DNA of 19,143 bases from Verrucomicrobiales bacterium (GTDB lineage: Bacteria > Verrucomicrobiota > Verrucomicrobiia > Verrucomicrobiales > SLCJ01). Made by a program: the position numbers and the translations under genes. Position 1 is the stretch's first letter. Each line of letters opens with the position of its first letter. The notes below the pieces were generated by a model that worked only from the letters and a program-made list of their open reading frames with translations, did no database searches and was not told the DNA's origin. This document shows positions 1 to 8,732 of this stretch, one piece after another. The stretch is from NCBI GenBank assembly GCA_046075565.1, contig JBJTQJ010000084.1:1-19143 (forward strand), given 5' to 3'.

Positions 1-1533
1 GGCGGGTTTGCCTCCATGATCAAACGGGCCGATGAGCCGCCATTCGAGATCGGTCTGGCGGATGTAGGGGAATGGCTCCTTGGCAAAAAATCGATCACGC
101 TGGGCGAGCACGCGCTTTTCCAAATCAACCGCACGCGCAAAAAGGGAAGTGTCGGCCCCGGGCAAGCGGCACCACCATTCGGGCTCATCGGCGGGACGTC
201 CGCGCCATCCATTGTCGCTGAAGAACAGCATCCCGGGATAAACATGGTTCATCAGGATGACGTCGTCACCATTTCGCGCCCGATCATCGTGCCAAACACA
301 GGCAATCGGGCCGAGTTTCATGTCTGCTTCGCCCCAGCGGCAAGGTTGCTGGAAACTCATGGCCGGGAGCATCTCGAAAGGATCGATGTGGTTGAGATAA
401 TAATTGGCCTGCGAATCGAAATACGGTTTTCCCGGCCACGGGCGCGACTGTCCCGTCCACAGTTGCTGGGCCATGGGGCCCTTTGCTGGGATACGGATGC
501 CGGGGTTCCAGCCAATGACGGTCCGGCCATGGCGATGGGCGACGGCCACACAAGCCTCCAGCCATTCCATGGGCACACGCTCATTCGGCTTCACCTCGTC
601 GGTGCCGAGGTGGATGTAGGGCATTTGCTCGGCCGGAAGCATCGAACAGAGTTCATCGACCAGATCGATGAGGCGTTCGCGCACCCCGGGCGAGTCCATC
701 TTTTCGAGACCATAGGCCCGGCGGAAGGCGGCGGTGTGGCCGGGCATATCAAGTTCCGGAATGACCAGCATCTGCCGGGCGCGCGCGAAGGCGACGATGT
801 CGCGGAACTGCTCTTGGGTGTAATACTTGCCTTCATGAAGCGAAAACGAGCGGGCAGACTGCAACTCAGGATGGCGCTTCGATTCAATCCTCCAGCCAGG
901 ATTGTCGGTGAAGTGGAAATGGAAGACATTGATCTTGTAACGGGCGAAAACTTCGATCTGTTTTTTCAACAGGGCGAGTTCCTGGAAATTCCGCCCGGTG
1001 TCGTGCATGAAGCCACGGTAGGGAAAAGCCGGCCAATCGGTGATTGTCAGTTCCCGGATTTTGCCGCCCGGGGATGGAAGCAACTGCCGGAAGGTTTGAA
1101 TTGCATAGTAGGCACCGGCCTCGTCGGAGGCCGTGATGCGCAACAAACCGGGACGGAGAACCAATTCATAGGCCTGCCCGGCTACCCGCGCGGGTGCGCC
1201 TTCGATTGGACCCTTGATGATCTCGACCTGCATCGGAACAGCGGCAGCGACTTTTTCACCCGGGTATCCTTGTTCCTTCAACACTGCGGCCAGTTCTGCC
1301 CGCATCGCCGTGAAGGCCGGGTCCACTTTCGCGTCATTCAAGTCGTTGAAGGCCGCGATCCATTCCTTTTTGCCTTCATCCACCCGGAGCGGCGCGGGAA
1401 GCAATTCGTTGGTGGCCAGAGCACGCTCGTGTGTCGCCTCATCCTTCGCCCCGGGAACAAAGATGGGGTCCGCTTGGGAATGGACGAGTGTCACCGAGCA
1501 AAGAAGAATGGGGAGGAGGAATTGCCGAAACAT
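1..1533 (-). CDS. GH20 beta-N-acetylhexosaminidase, secreted; 3' end truncated by window edge
   Basis: Translated by hand from ATG at 1533 (MFRQFLLPILLCSVTLVHSQAD, signal-peptide-like), open to base 1. GH20 motifs: DWPAFPYRGFMHDTGRNF, KINVFHFHFTDNPGWRIES, IPELDMPGH and catalytic YIHLGTDEV. Absent from the ORF track because there is no stop in the window. Confidence 0.93.
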   Translation of the reverse strand, partial: MFRQFLLPILLCSVTLVHSQADPIFVPGAKDEATHERALATNELLPAPLRVDEGKKEWIAAFNDLNDAKVDPAFTAMRAELAAVLKEQGYPGEKVAAAVPMQVEIIKGPIEGAPARVAGQAYELVLRPGLLRITASDEAGAYYAIQTFRQLLPSPGGKIRELTITDWPAFPYRGFMHDTGRNFQELALLKKQIEVFARYKINVFHFHFTDNPGWRIESKRHPELQSARSFSLHEGKYYTQEQFRDIVAFARARQMLVIPELDMPGHTAAFRRAYGLEKMDSPGVRERLIDLVDELCSMLPAEQMPYIHLGTDEVKPNERVPMEWLEACVAVAHRHGRTVIGWNPGIRIPAKGPMAQQLWTGQSRPWPGKPYFDSQANYYLNHIDPFEMLPAMSFQQPCRWGEADMKLGPIACVWHDDRARNGDDVILMNHVYPGMLFFSDNGWRGRPADEPEWWCRLPGADTSLFARAVDLEKRVLAQRDRFFAKEPFPYIRQTDLEWRLIGPFDHGGKPA

Positions 1534-1599
1534 GGGGGATAGGGGCGTAAGTTTAGTGAAGCTTAAGCCGAGTGGTGGACTCGTGCCATGGACACTCGG

Positions 1600-1618
1600 T
1601 GGTTTGATATGCCAACCA
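1600..1618. promoter_or_regulatory. Candidate operator, motif A (TGGTYTG-N5-CMAACCA), copy 1
   Basis: TGGTTTG-ATATG-CCAACCA, an imperfect palindrome about 67 nt upstream of the GH20 start. Similar copies at 10123 and 18861. Confidence 0.45.
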
Positions 1619-1684
1619 GATGGTCCTGCGGATGATTGGCCCGGCCAATGCACCGGACCGTGTGTATCTCACACGCAGTGGGAG

Positions 1685-2569
1685 TTACCGTCGTTCGTTT
1701 GCGTCGCTCCTGTCCATCGGAGCAGATTCGGTCACTCCCATCCGTATGAACTCCAGGACCACATGATCCCCGTTTTTCAACGAATGATGCGGCACAGCTT
1801 CCAATTTGACCTCGCCGGAAGCGATTCCCTCGTGCGCCACACGCAGGACCGAATCATGGGCATGCCAGAAGATCGCGAGATCCCCGCTCAGATCGGGGGA
1901 ATAGACGCCTTTGTAGTCACTACCGCTGAATTCCCACGAGAGTGGGTCAGGTAGTTTTTCCTCGCCTTTGGCACGGAGGAGGGAATGAACGGGAATGCGG
2001 ATTCCATCTCCGGTCAGAACATCGATGCGGAAGCGGGCTCCCTCCTCGCCTTTGGCATGGCCGCACAGGTGGAGCAGCAGTTCCAGGTGAAGCGGTCGCG
2101 ATTGCGTGATGAACAGCGTCTCATGGGTCCTTCCTGTTTCGGCGCAAAGGAACAATTCCACTTCGCCGGGATGACGTTCGTCGCCGGGATCTGGGAAATG
2201 GACTTTCGCGGGTAGGGAGAGTCGACCGTCCTTCTTGTCGCAGATGATGCCACCGAGTTCCAGGCGGGATCCCTCGGCTTTAAAGGGATGACGGTTCCGC
2301 AATTTTTCGCTCAGCATGGTGACGGCCTGATCGGCAGCGACACGTTCGGATGGGAAGGCGGTCGCTAGTTTTGCTTCCGCTTCCTGCAGTTCTTTCCAAA
2401 GCACGGGTTCGATGAGCGGAAGGAGAGGGAAATTCCGCGCCAAAGCTTCGCTGTCCGTCGATTTTGCTGCCGTCGGATTCAGATCCGCCGGTTTTTCTTG
2501 AACGGATTGCGGCGGGGCGCAGGAGAAGAGAAGAAATCCGGCCGCCGGAAGGATCATCACGGCTCTCAT
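1685..2569 (-). CDS. YdjY-domain-like lipoprotein (294 aa)
   Basis: Start moved to ATG 2569, which forms an ATGA overlap with the upstream stop. MRAVMILPAAGFLLFSC is a lipoprotein signal ending in Cys. GEVELFLCAETGRTHETLFITQSRPLHLELLLHLCG resembles the YdjY domain core (recognised by eye). Confidence 0.7.
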   Translation of the reverse strand: MRAVMILPAAGFLLFSCAPPQSVQEKPADLNPTAAKSTDSEALARNFPLLPLIEPVLWKELQEAEAKLATAFPSERVAADQAVTMLSEKLRNRHPFKAEGSRLELGGIICDKKDGRLSLPAKVHFPDPGDERHPGEVELFLCAETGRTHETLFITQSRPLHLELLLHLCGHAKGEEGARFRIDVLTGDGIRIPVHSLLRAKGEEKLPDPLSWEFSGSDYKGVYSPDLSGDLAIFWHAHDSVLRVAHEGIASGEVKLEAVPHHSLKNGDHVVLEFIRMGVTESAPMDRSDANERR

Positions 2570-5500
2570 GGAGATGGCACGAGTTGGATCGGTGGCCGGT
2601 ATTGTTTCTCGATGGACTGCGGGAGCGGCTTCCGCTCCATGATGGTGTTCGGATTCTGATAGTAACGGAGGGTCTGTATATCCAGTTGGCCATCGAAGCG
2701 CATTTCCAACCGCCAGCGTTGCGCGGTGGTTTCGGGGAAGACCGGATGATGACCGGTGCCAACCGAGTAATTGTCCCACACGAGTGGCACCCAATCCGCA
2801 CCGTCGTGATAGTAGACACGAAGGAAGCGTGAGCCGGGGTAATCGGCATCAAGGCCATTCAAGGCGATCGCCTGGGCAAATTCGGTTTCGAGGATCAGAC
2901 GTCCATTCTCCGCATGGAAGCGACATTTGGTGTCGAGCGAAAAGTCGGCGAGATGGGCGGGATCGCCTTCCATGCGGCCGACAACGGTTGCTTGCCTGAC
3001 CGGACGTGCGATGCGGACTTGGGTGGGTTGTTCGAATTTCACGGCGTGGATCCACGGGCAGATGAAATTCTCGCTGGCCAGATTGACGAGCACCCGGTCG
3101 CCCTCGTGGGATTTGACGTATACACCGGGCTCGGGCCCGAGAATCTCCATCATCCGTTCCGCCGGATACATGCAGTCAAAGGGGATGCCCGCGATCATCA
3201 TCGCTTGCGTCTGGAAGTAGGCGCGCGGCGCGACCCGCAGGTGCAGATTCAGGCGACGAAGATTGTAATTGCTCGAGTGCGCGAACTCGATGTTGAACTT
3301 GAGCGGGCGAGAGTAGGAAATGGTGTGTTCACCGATTTTGAAGGCGATATTGGCGTTGCCATCAAAGGTTTCCTGGCTGGCGTTTTTGATTGGCTGGGAA
3401 GCGGAGAACTTCCGGATTCCTTCATCGAGATCAAATCCGTCCAGTCCGTCGGTTTCAAAAGCCATCGGCGCGGCCAAATAGTCGGCGACGATTTCAACTT
3501 TGGTCCGCAATGGGAACGGTGACTTCTCGTGCATGATCTTCTTGTCTTCATCCTGCCAATTGAGCTGGTGCATGGGCAAGGTGATCTGGAGGTCCACTTT
3601 CTGGCGATCGTTTTCTTTTTTGGCGACTATCCGGAAATCGACTCCGGTGATGAGTTCAATGGCGTGGGCCTTGGTAATGGCGGGCAGGGTGGTGTCGGCG
3701 GCGAGGGACGCAACAAGTCCGGGGGCCAGGCGTTCGACGATGGCGCGGGTGGCGGGCACGAGGTTCATGTCGCGACGCAGGGCGTGAATCTCGGCCACGC
3801 CTTGCGGGAGGTTCGCCGGGGTTTTCTCGCCCAGCAGTTCGGTGGCGAGCGCCCAGTTGCGGAGGTAGTAGGAATGGACCTGGTTGCCCCATTCGCAAAC
3901 CGGCGGGTAGTCGACTCTTTCCTGGTTCCAGAGGTCGCGTTTGCCGGTGATCGCCATATTGTGCTTGAGCGCGTTCAGCACGAGGATGGTTCCCGCCGTG
4001 CGAATCCAATTCGCGGTCACTCCTTCGCCACCTTGGAAATCGAGAGGGAAAGCGGATTTCAGGAATCCGCCATCCCAACAATCGTCGAGGGCCAGCTTGT
4101 AGCGGAAGTTTTGCATGTGCTTGAGAAAGACCGCCTCGTCCGCCGATGCGAGGGCGATGGACGCGAAGATGAAAGCGAGCGAGCTGGTGGCATGCGAGTT
4201 GTCGCCGTCGCCGATGGAGGCGTCCATACGTTCGACGAACTCCTGGACCGCGCTGGCGTGACCGCCGCCGATTTGCACGCCCAGCAATCCGGACCCGGAC
4301 ATGGCATTGCCACCGCCAAACTCCCGCTCATCCGAGCGGGCCATGCGCCGCCCGCGTCCGTAAGCATAGGTGCCGTTCACACAAACCACACCGGCATGCT
4401 GGATGATGTTAGCGACAAACTTTTTGTCATAAGTAATGGGAGTTCTTGAAGCGAGGGCCATGCCGAGGGCGAGATGCCCGGTGCCGTAGTGCTGCCCGGC
4501 TATGCCATAACCAAACCCATTGACCTTATGACCGGCCATGAAGTCGTTTTTGCAAACATCGGCCATTTGCAGGTAAGCGGCCTGAATGCCCGCGACGATG
4601 CCGGGATCCTTGCTCCGGAGATAATACTCGCTCAGGAACATGAGGCGCATTGTGCGCTCGGCCGTCCATTCACTGGGAGCCTGCTCGTAGGCGAGTCGAT
4701 AGGCGGCCTTGCGGATTTGTCCGTCGTATTTCGCATCGCCACTCGAAAGGAGGGCCAACCCGCACCACGCGGTGTCCCAGCCGTCGGTGGTGTAACCAGC
4801 GAGCCGTGGCCAGCTTCCATCCTCACGCTGTTGTGCCGCCAGCCATTCGGTGTGACGCCGGACGGTGATTTCCGTCTTGGCGCAATTCTTTGGATAGGTT
4901 TCACTGAAGCTGCCCGTCTTGCCAATCGGGAAGCGGAGTTCGACCACATGATCCTTGTGGGCACCGGTCAACGGCAGAGCGGAGTTGGTGTGATGAATCC
5001 TCGGCTGCACTTTGCCGTAGCTCAGGGCCGCGAAGTGTCCTTTGATCCTCTTGGTTCCTTCTGGCAGGGTCCATTTGCCAAAACCGGTGGCATGGAGATT
5101 GAGGCTTTGTTGGTAGGTCTTTCCCGCGACTTCGATTGGCTTCGCGGTTTCGATGGATGCTCTCCCGTATCCCGCCTGCAAAGCTTCGGGAGTAATTTCC
5201 AGAAGATTCTTCACCCCGTAGTCTCCTTCGAGAGTGACATCCATCCAAAGGGAACCATCACCATGGATATTGTCGTCGAATTGATGCGATTCGATGGTGA
5301 GCAATCCAGCGCCGGGAATTTCGACACCAAAATCCTGGACGCCAACTGATTGGTTGCCGCCGGTTCCTTGCCAGAGTTGCTTGCGTCCAACCGGCAAGGG
5401 TTGGGCGGATCCCTCCGGCACGCGCAGCACGGTCAGCCGTATGTCGCCACGCCCTTGTGCTTGATCGATCTTCTCTCCAAGCATTATCTGGATCTCGCGT

Positions 5501-6291
5501 GCGTCCTTGTGCATGAAGTTCCACTCTGGCCGGTATTGGTTGCCAGATTTTAGCATTTCGCCCTCGATGCCGATGATCAAATCTCCGGGCAAGAGATGGC
5601 CATCGGCGGGCGATCCCGGTGCCACGGAAACGACTTCTGCGGCGGTGAGGGCCAGCTCTCCGGTCGTCGCACGGAGACTCACCGGCACGATGGCGGCGAA
5701 GGCCGGACGGTTTTGCAATTGCGGAACATGGGAGCGGACTCTCACGCCGAGCGGGCCGAGGTGGCTGCCCCAGCGTTTGGCTTCCTCGGCTTGATCCGCC
5801 CCATTGGGCATCCACCCCTGTCCGACATCAGGGTAAGTTGCACGGTACTCACGGATATCGATGGGCTTGAACCCCTGGCGCACGGCAAAGCTCGTTTCCA
5901 GTGGGGCAAGTTGCTCCGCTGGTGATTGGGGAACATTGGGCGAGGTAGCCGGTTGAGTGTTCTCCTTTTCAACGGTCTTCGACGGAGATTTCGGTTCGGC
6001 GGCTTGCTCCGTGGTTTTTGGTTTGTCCTGGTTCCGCGAGTGGAGCCAATACCCCGCACAAGCAAGCAGGACCAATGCGAGCGCCACCGGAAGAAAGCCC
6101 GGAGACGAAGTTTTTGAGGATCTAGGTGGTGGCGTCGGCGTTCCGACGAGCTTGGGCCGCGAGGATGACTCCATGAGGAACTTTTCCCCGCAGCTTTCGC
6201 ATCGACCGTGGCGACCTGCAAGTGTCGCGTCCACTTCATATGTCTTGGAACAATTCGGGCAGGTAATAGGGATGGTGGTCTCGGTTGTCAT
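2566..6291 (-). CDS. Membrane-anchored multidomain protein: Zn-ribbon, TM helix, PDZ, permuted NPCBM, DUF6288-like alpha/alpha barrel, C-terminal beta-sandwich (1241 aa)
   Basis: Likely start ATG 6291 (MTTETTIPITCPNC...CESC). TM FLPVALALVLLACAGYWL; HLGPLGVR (DUF6288-like); PDZ VVSVAPGSPADGHLLPGDLIIGIEG; prenyltransferase/squalene-cyclase-type repeat WLAAQQREDGSW; C-terminal discoidin-like segment. Confidence 0.75.
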   Translation of the reverse strand: MTTETTIPITCPNCSKTYEVDATLAGRHGRCESCGEKFLMESSSRPKLVGTPTPPPRSSKTSSPGFLPVALALVLLACAGYWLHSRNQDKPKTTEQAAEPKSPSKTVEKENTQPATSPNVPQSPAEQLAPLETSFAVRQGFKPIDIREYRATYPDVGQGWMPNGADQAEEAKRWGSHLGPLGVRVRSHVPQLQNRPAFAAIVPVSLRATTGELALTAAEVVSVAPGSPADGHLLPGDLIIGIEGEMLKSGNQYRPEWNFMHKDAREIQIMLGEKIDQAQGRGDIRLTVLRVPEGSAQPLPVGRKQLWQGTGGNQSVGVQDFGVEIPGAGLLTIESHQFDDNIHGDGSLWMDVTLEGDYGVKNLLEITPEALQAGYGRASIETAKPIEVAGKTYQQSLNLHATGFGKWTLPEGTKRIKGHFAALSYGKVQPRIHHTNSALPLTGAHKDHVVELRFPIGKTGSFSETYPKNCAKTEITVRRHTEWLAAQQREDGSWPRLAGYTTDGWDTAWCGLALLSSGDAKYDGQIRKAAYRLAYEQAPSEWTAERTMRLMFLSEYYLRSKDPGIVAGIQAAYLQMADVCKNDFMAGHKVNGFGYGIAGQHYGTGHLALGMALASRTPITYDKKFVANIIQHAGVVCVNGTYAYGRGRRMARSDEREFGGGNAMSGSGLLGVQIGGGHASAVQEFVERMDASIGDGDNSHATSSLAFIFASIALASADEAVFLKHMQNFRYKLALDDCWDGGFLKSAFPLDFQGGEGVTANWIRTAGTILVLNALKHNMAITGKRDLWNQERVDYPPVCEWGNQVHSYYLRNWALATELLGEKTPANLPQGVAEIHALRRDMNLVPATRAIVERLAPGLVASLAADTTLPAITKAHAIELITGVDFRIVAKKENDRQKVDLQITLPMHQLNWQDEDKKIMHEKSPFPLRTKVEIVADYLAAPMAFETDGLDGFDLDEGIRKFSASQPIKNASQETFDGNANIAFKIGEHTISYSRPLKFNIEFAHSSNYNLRRLNLHLRVAPRAYFQTQAMMIAGIPFDCMYPAERMMEILGPEPGVYVKSHEGDRVLVNLASENFICPWIHAVKFEQPTQVRIARPVRQATVVGRMEGDPAHLADFSLDTKCRFHAENGRLILETEFAQAIALNGLDADYPGSRFLRVYYHDGADWVPLVWDNYSVGTGHHPVFPETTAQRWRLEMRFDGQLDIQTLRYYQNPNTIMERKPLPQSIEKQYRPPIQLVPSP

Positions 6292-6391
6292 GGGTCTGAC
6301 GGCTGATCGCAATATGGCTCAATCAAGAAAGGAACAGGAAGAAGAACGAGGCGATTGATTGGAATGAAGATAGCAGTTTGCCAGGGACGGA

Positions 6392-8713
6392 TCAAGGTGC
6401 GGGCAGCACGCCGATTTCCGCGGCGGCAGCATACGGTTTGCCAGCGGCGCCGACGCTGGATTTGAAGCGGACAAAACGTGCTTCGACAGTTCTGTCATCA
6501 AGTAGGATGGTGCGTTCCGATGGGTCATTCACCAGATTGCCGAGACGGAAAGGTTGCGGGGTGGTCCAGGATTTCCCATCCAGGCTGAGGGAGATTTCTC
6601 CGGCTTCGACCATTCCATCGGGCACCGCTTTGTCTTGGCGGGGCAGGTAGGTGAGACCATCAATCTTGTATGAACGGCCGAGATCGATTTCCAAAAGGTG
6701 AGGATGTGGATCGGCTGGTGACCAGCGCGAATGCCAGAAGGTCGAGGGATCGCCATCGATTGCCTTCGTCCCCGAGAACTCGGCGCTTTGTTCGCTGGAA
6801 CAAGTGTGGATTTTCCATTCTGTCGGATCGATGGAAAGCCGGGTGTCGCATGCGGGACCGGTCTGGCCGCCCGCGATGGCAATGGCCCGGATGCGTCCGC
6901 CGTCCGGCAGCAGGATGGGTTTTTCATAACGCGGTGACGCCACCGTGGGGGCGCTGCCATCGGTGGTATAATGGATTTGCAAGGCGCCGGCGGATGATGG
7001 ATCCCCTTGTCCATGGGGTTTCCAGGAGAATCCCGCGGTGGCTGGCGGCTGGATGACGACGAGACCATCGAGGCCTCTTTTCACGACGAGTGAAGGCGGC
7101 GGGATCTGGTAAAGATGTGCGGCAAAGGTGGCGATGGTGGGTTGAGCCCGCGACTCGAGGATCCGGACGCGAAAAGCAGAGGTCTTCACGCTTGGGAAGC
7201 GAAGGATGCGCTTGTAGCCGATGGTTTCGGCGGTGGCGACTTCTTGCCATTTCCCATTGATTTCCGCGTCCACCGCATGGCGGATCACCCGCTGTCCGAC
7301 TTTGCCAATCGCTTCCTGCAGAACCACGCGATTCACCGCCCGTGGCGAGGGGAAGCGGACGGTGAATTCTCCGGCGGTTGAATTCGGCTGCCAGTAAGTT
7401 TGCAAATCCTCATCTAGAACCGCCGGAGCGTCGCTGGTGGCACCGGTCGTGAGTTCGCGTGTGCCGTAGGTCGCGCGGATGCGACGCCCGGTCTCTTTGA
7501 GCGAGGCTTCGTCGCGGGGCGCGATTCTCCCCGATTTGTCCGGCGGAACATTGAGCAGGAATACCCCGTTGCCCCCGGCGGCGCGTTCATAGATATCGAA
7601 GATGTCATCGGGGCTGCGCACCGCTTGTTCATGTTCATTGCGCCAGAACCATCCGGCGCGGATCGAGGTGTTGATTTCCGGGACGAGATAAAAAAGTTCA
7701 CGTGCGGCATACTTTTCCCCGTATACCTTGTATTCCGGTAGAACCACCTTCGAGTTGGATCCGATGTCGTCATCCGGGCGGTCCACCCCTGACTCGGATT
7801 CTCCCTGCACGGGGATGATATTCCATTCGGCGGCGCGGGTCCGACCGGCTTCGTTGCCGCACCAACGCACGTCCGGACCGCCGAAGATCACGGCTTCCGG
7901 TGCAAGCTGGCGGATCAGGTCGAACCACTCCTGCTTGAGGTATTGCTGGTTGCCCTTGCGTTTGGGATGGGCACCATCGAACCAGACCTCGTGGATCGGA
8001 CCGTATTCGGTGAGGAGTTCATAAAGCTGGTTCATGAAATAGCGATTGTAGTCGTCCGCCTTCACGCGGATGACCGGGGAGTCCGCCGGCTTGTCGGCGC
8101 GCACGCGGTCCGGAGCAGCGTGGAATGAAGCGGGATCGGTAGGAATGACGGATTCGACGGAAGCGCTTTGGTTTCCGTAGAGACCATCGGGATGTTCGAT
8201 CTGGTAGAGGTCGGCCGGCGAGAGATAGACACCCAATTTGAGATCGTGTTTGCGGCAGGAATCGGCCAGTTCGCGCAGCACATCGCCCTTGCCATCGCGC
8301 CACCGGATGCCGCGCACGGAGAATTGATCATTGTATCGGGTTTGCCAGAGGCAGAAGCCGTCGTGATGCTTCACCGTAATCAGCATCATGCGCATGCCCG
8401 CTTCCTTGGCGACGCGGCACCACTGGTCGGTATCGAGATAGTCGCCCGGATGGAAAACGGCGGGGTTTTCTTTGCCATTGCCCCATTCGACTCCGGTAAA
8501 GGTATTCGGGCCGAAGTGAATGAAACATGTGAACTCCAACTCATGGAAAGCAAGCTGCCGGGGGGAGGGGACCAGATTGGCGGCTTTGCCGAGGATTTGG
8601 TCGGGGCTCTCGCCGGGTTCCAGTGGCACCCGATGCACAAAGGGTTGAGCGGCGACAGGCAGGTTCAGGCTGAGCATGATGGAAGGAAGGACTGTCCGGA
8701 GGAATGTTCTCAT
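6392..8713 (-). CDS. GH29 alpha-L-fucosidase (GH29-B-like, possibly alpha-1,3/4) with two F5/8-type C domains and an Fn3-associated domain (773 aa)
   Basis: Start ATG 8713 with signal peptide MRTFLRTVLPSIMLSLNLPVAAQ. Motifs FIHFGPNTF, KHHDGFCLW, nucleophile WFDGA, RWCGNEAG, LLNVPPD. Accessory domains: IHYTTDGSAPT and AIDGDPSTFWHSRW. Confidence 0.93.
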   Translation of the reverse strand: MRTFLRTVLPSIMLSLNLPVAAQPFVHRVPLEPGESPDQILGKAANLVPSPRQLAFHELEFTCFIHFGPNTFTGVEWGNGKENPAVFHPGDYLDTDQWCRVAKEAGMRMMLITVKHHDGFCLWQTRYNDQFSVRGIRWRDGKGDVLRELADSCRKHDLKLGVYLSPADLYQIEHPDGLYGNQSASVESVIPTDPASFHAAPDRVRADKPADSPVIRVKADDYNRYFMNQLYELLTEYGPIHEVWFDGAHPKRKGNQQYLKQEWFDLIRQLAPEAVIFGGPDVRWCGNEAGRTRAAEWNIIPVQGESESGVDRPDDDIGSNSKVVLPEYKVYGEKYAARELFYLVPEINTSIRAGWFWRNEHEQAVRSPDDIFDIYERAAGGNGVFLLNVPPDKSGRIAPRDEASLKETGRRIRATYGTRELTTGATSDAPAVLDEDLQTYWQPNSTAGEFTVRFPSPRAVNRVVLQEAIGKVGQRVIRHAVDAEINGKWQEVATAETIGYKRILRFPSVKTSAFRVRILESRAQPTIATFAAHLYQIPPPSLVVKRGLDGLVVIQPPATAGFSWKPHGQGDPSSAGALQIHYTTDGSAPTVASPRYEKPILLPDGGRIRAIAIAGGQTGPACDTRLSIDPTEWKIHTCSSEQSAEFSGTKAIDGDPSTFWHSRWSPADPHPHLLEIDLGRSYKIDGLTYLPRQDKAVPDGMVEAGEISLSLDGKSWTTPQPFRLGNLVNDPSERTILLDDRTVEARFVRFKSSVGAAGKPYAAAAEIGVLPAP

Positions 8714-8732
8714 GGGGATCTCGGGAGTCGGA

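Noticed and set aside
16-1542. 508-aa + strand ORF
   Set aside because: Antisense shadow of the - strand GH20, which has clear family motifs. The ORF itself has none.
2570-2794. N-terminal extension of the 369-aa ORF
   Set aside because: It overlaps the upstream gene. ATG 2569 gives a lipoprotein signal and an ATGA overlap.
3529-5349. 306-aa and 291-aa + strand ORFs
   Set aside because: Antisense to the 1241-aa gene; expected in GC-rich coding DNA.
6320-6361. CAATCAA / TTGATTG inverted repeat in the intergenic gap
   Set aside because: Only 7 bp with a 28-nt spacer, a single occurrence and weak pairing; not supportable as a terminator or operator.
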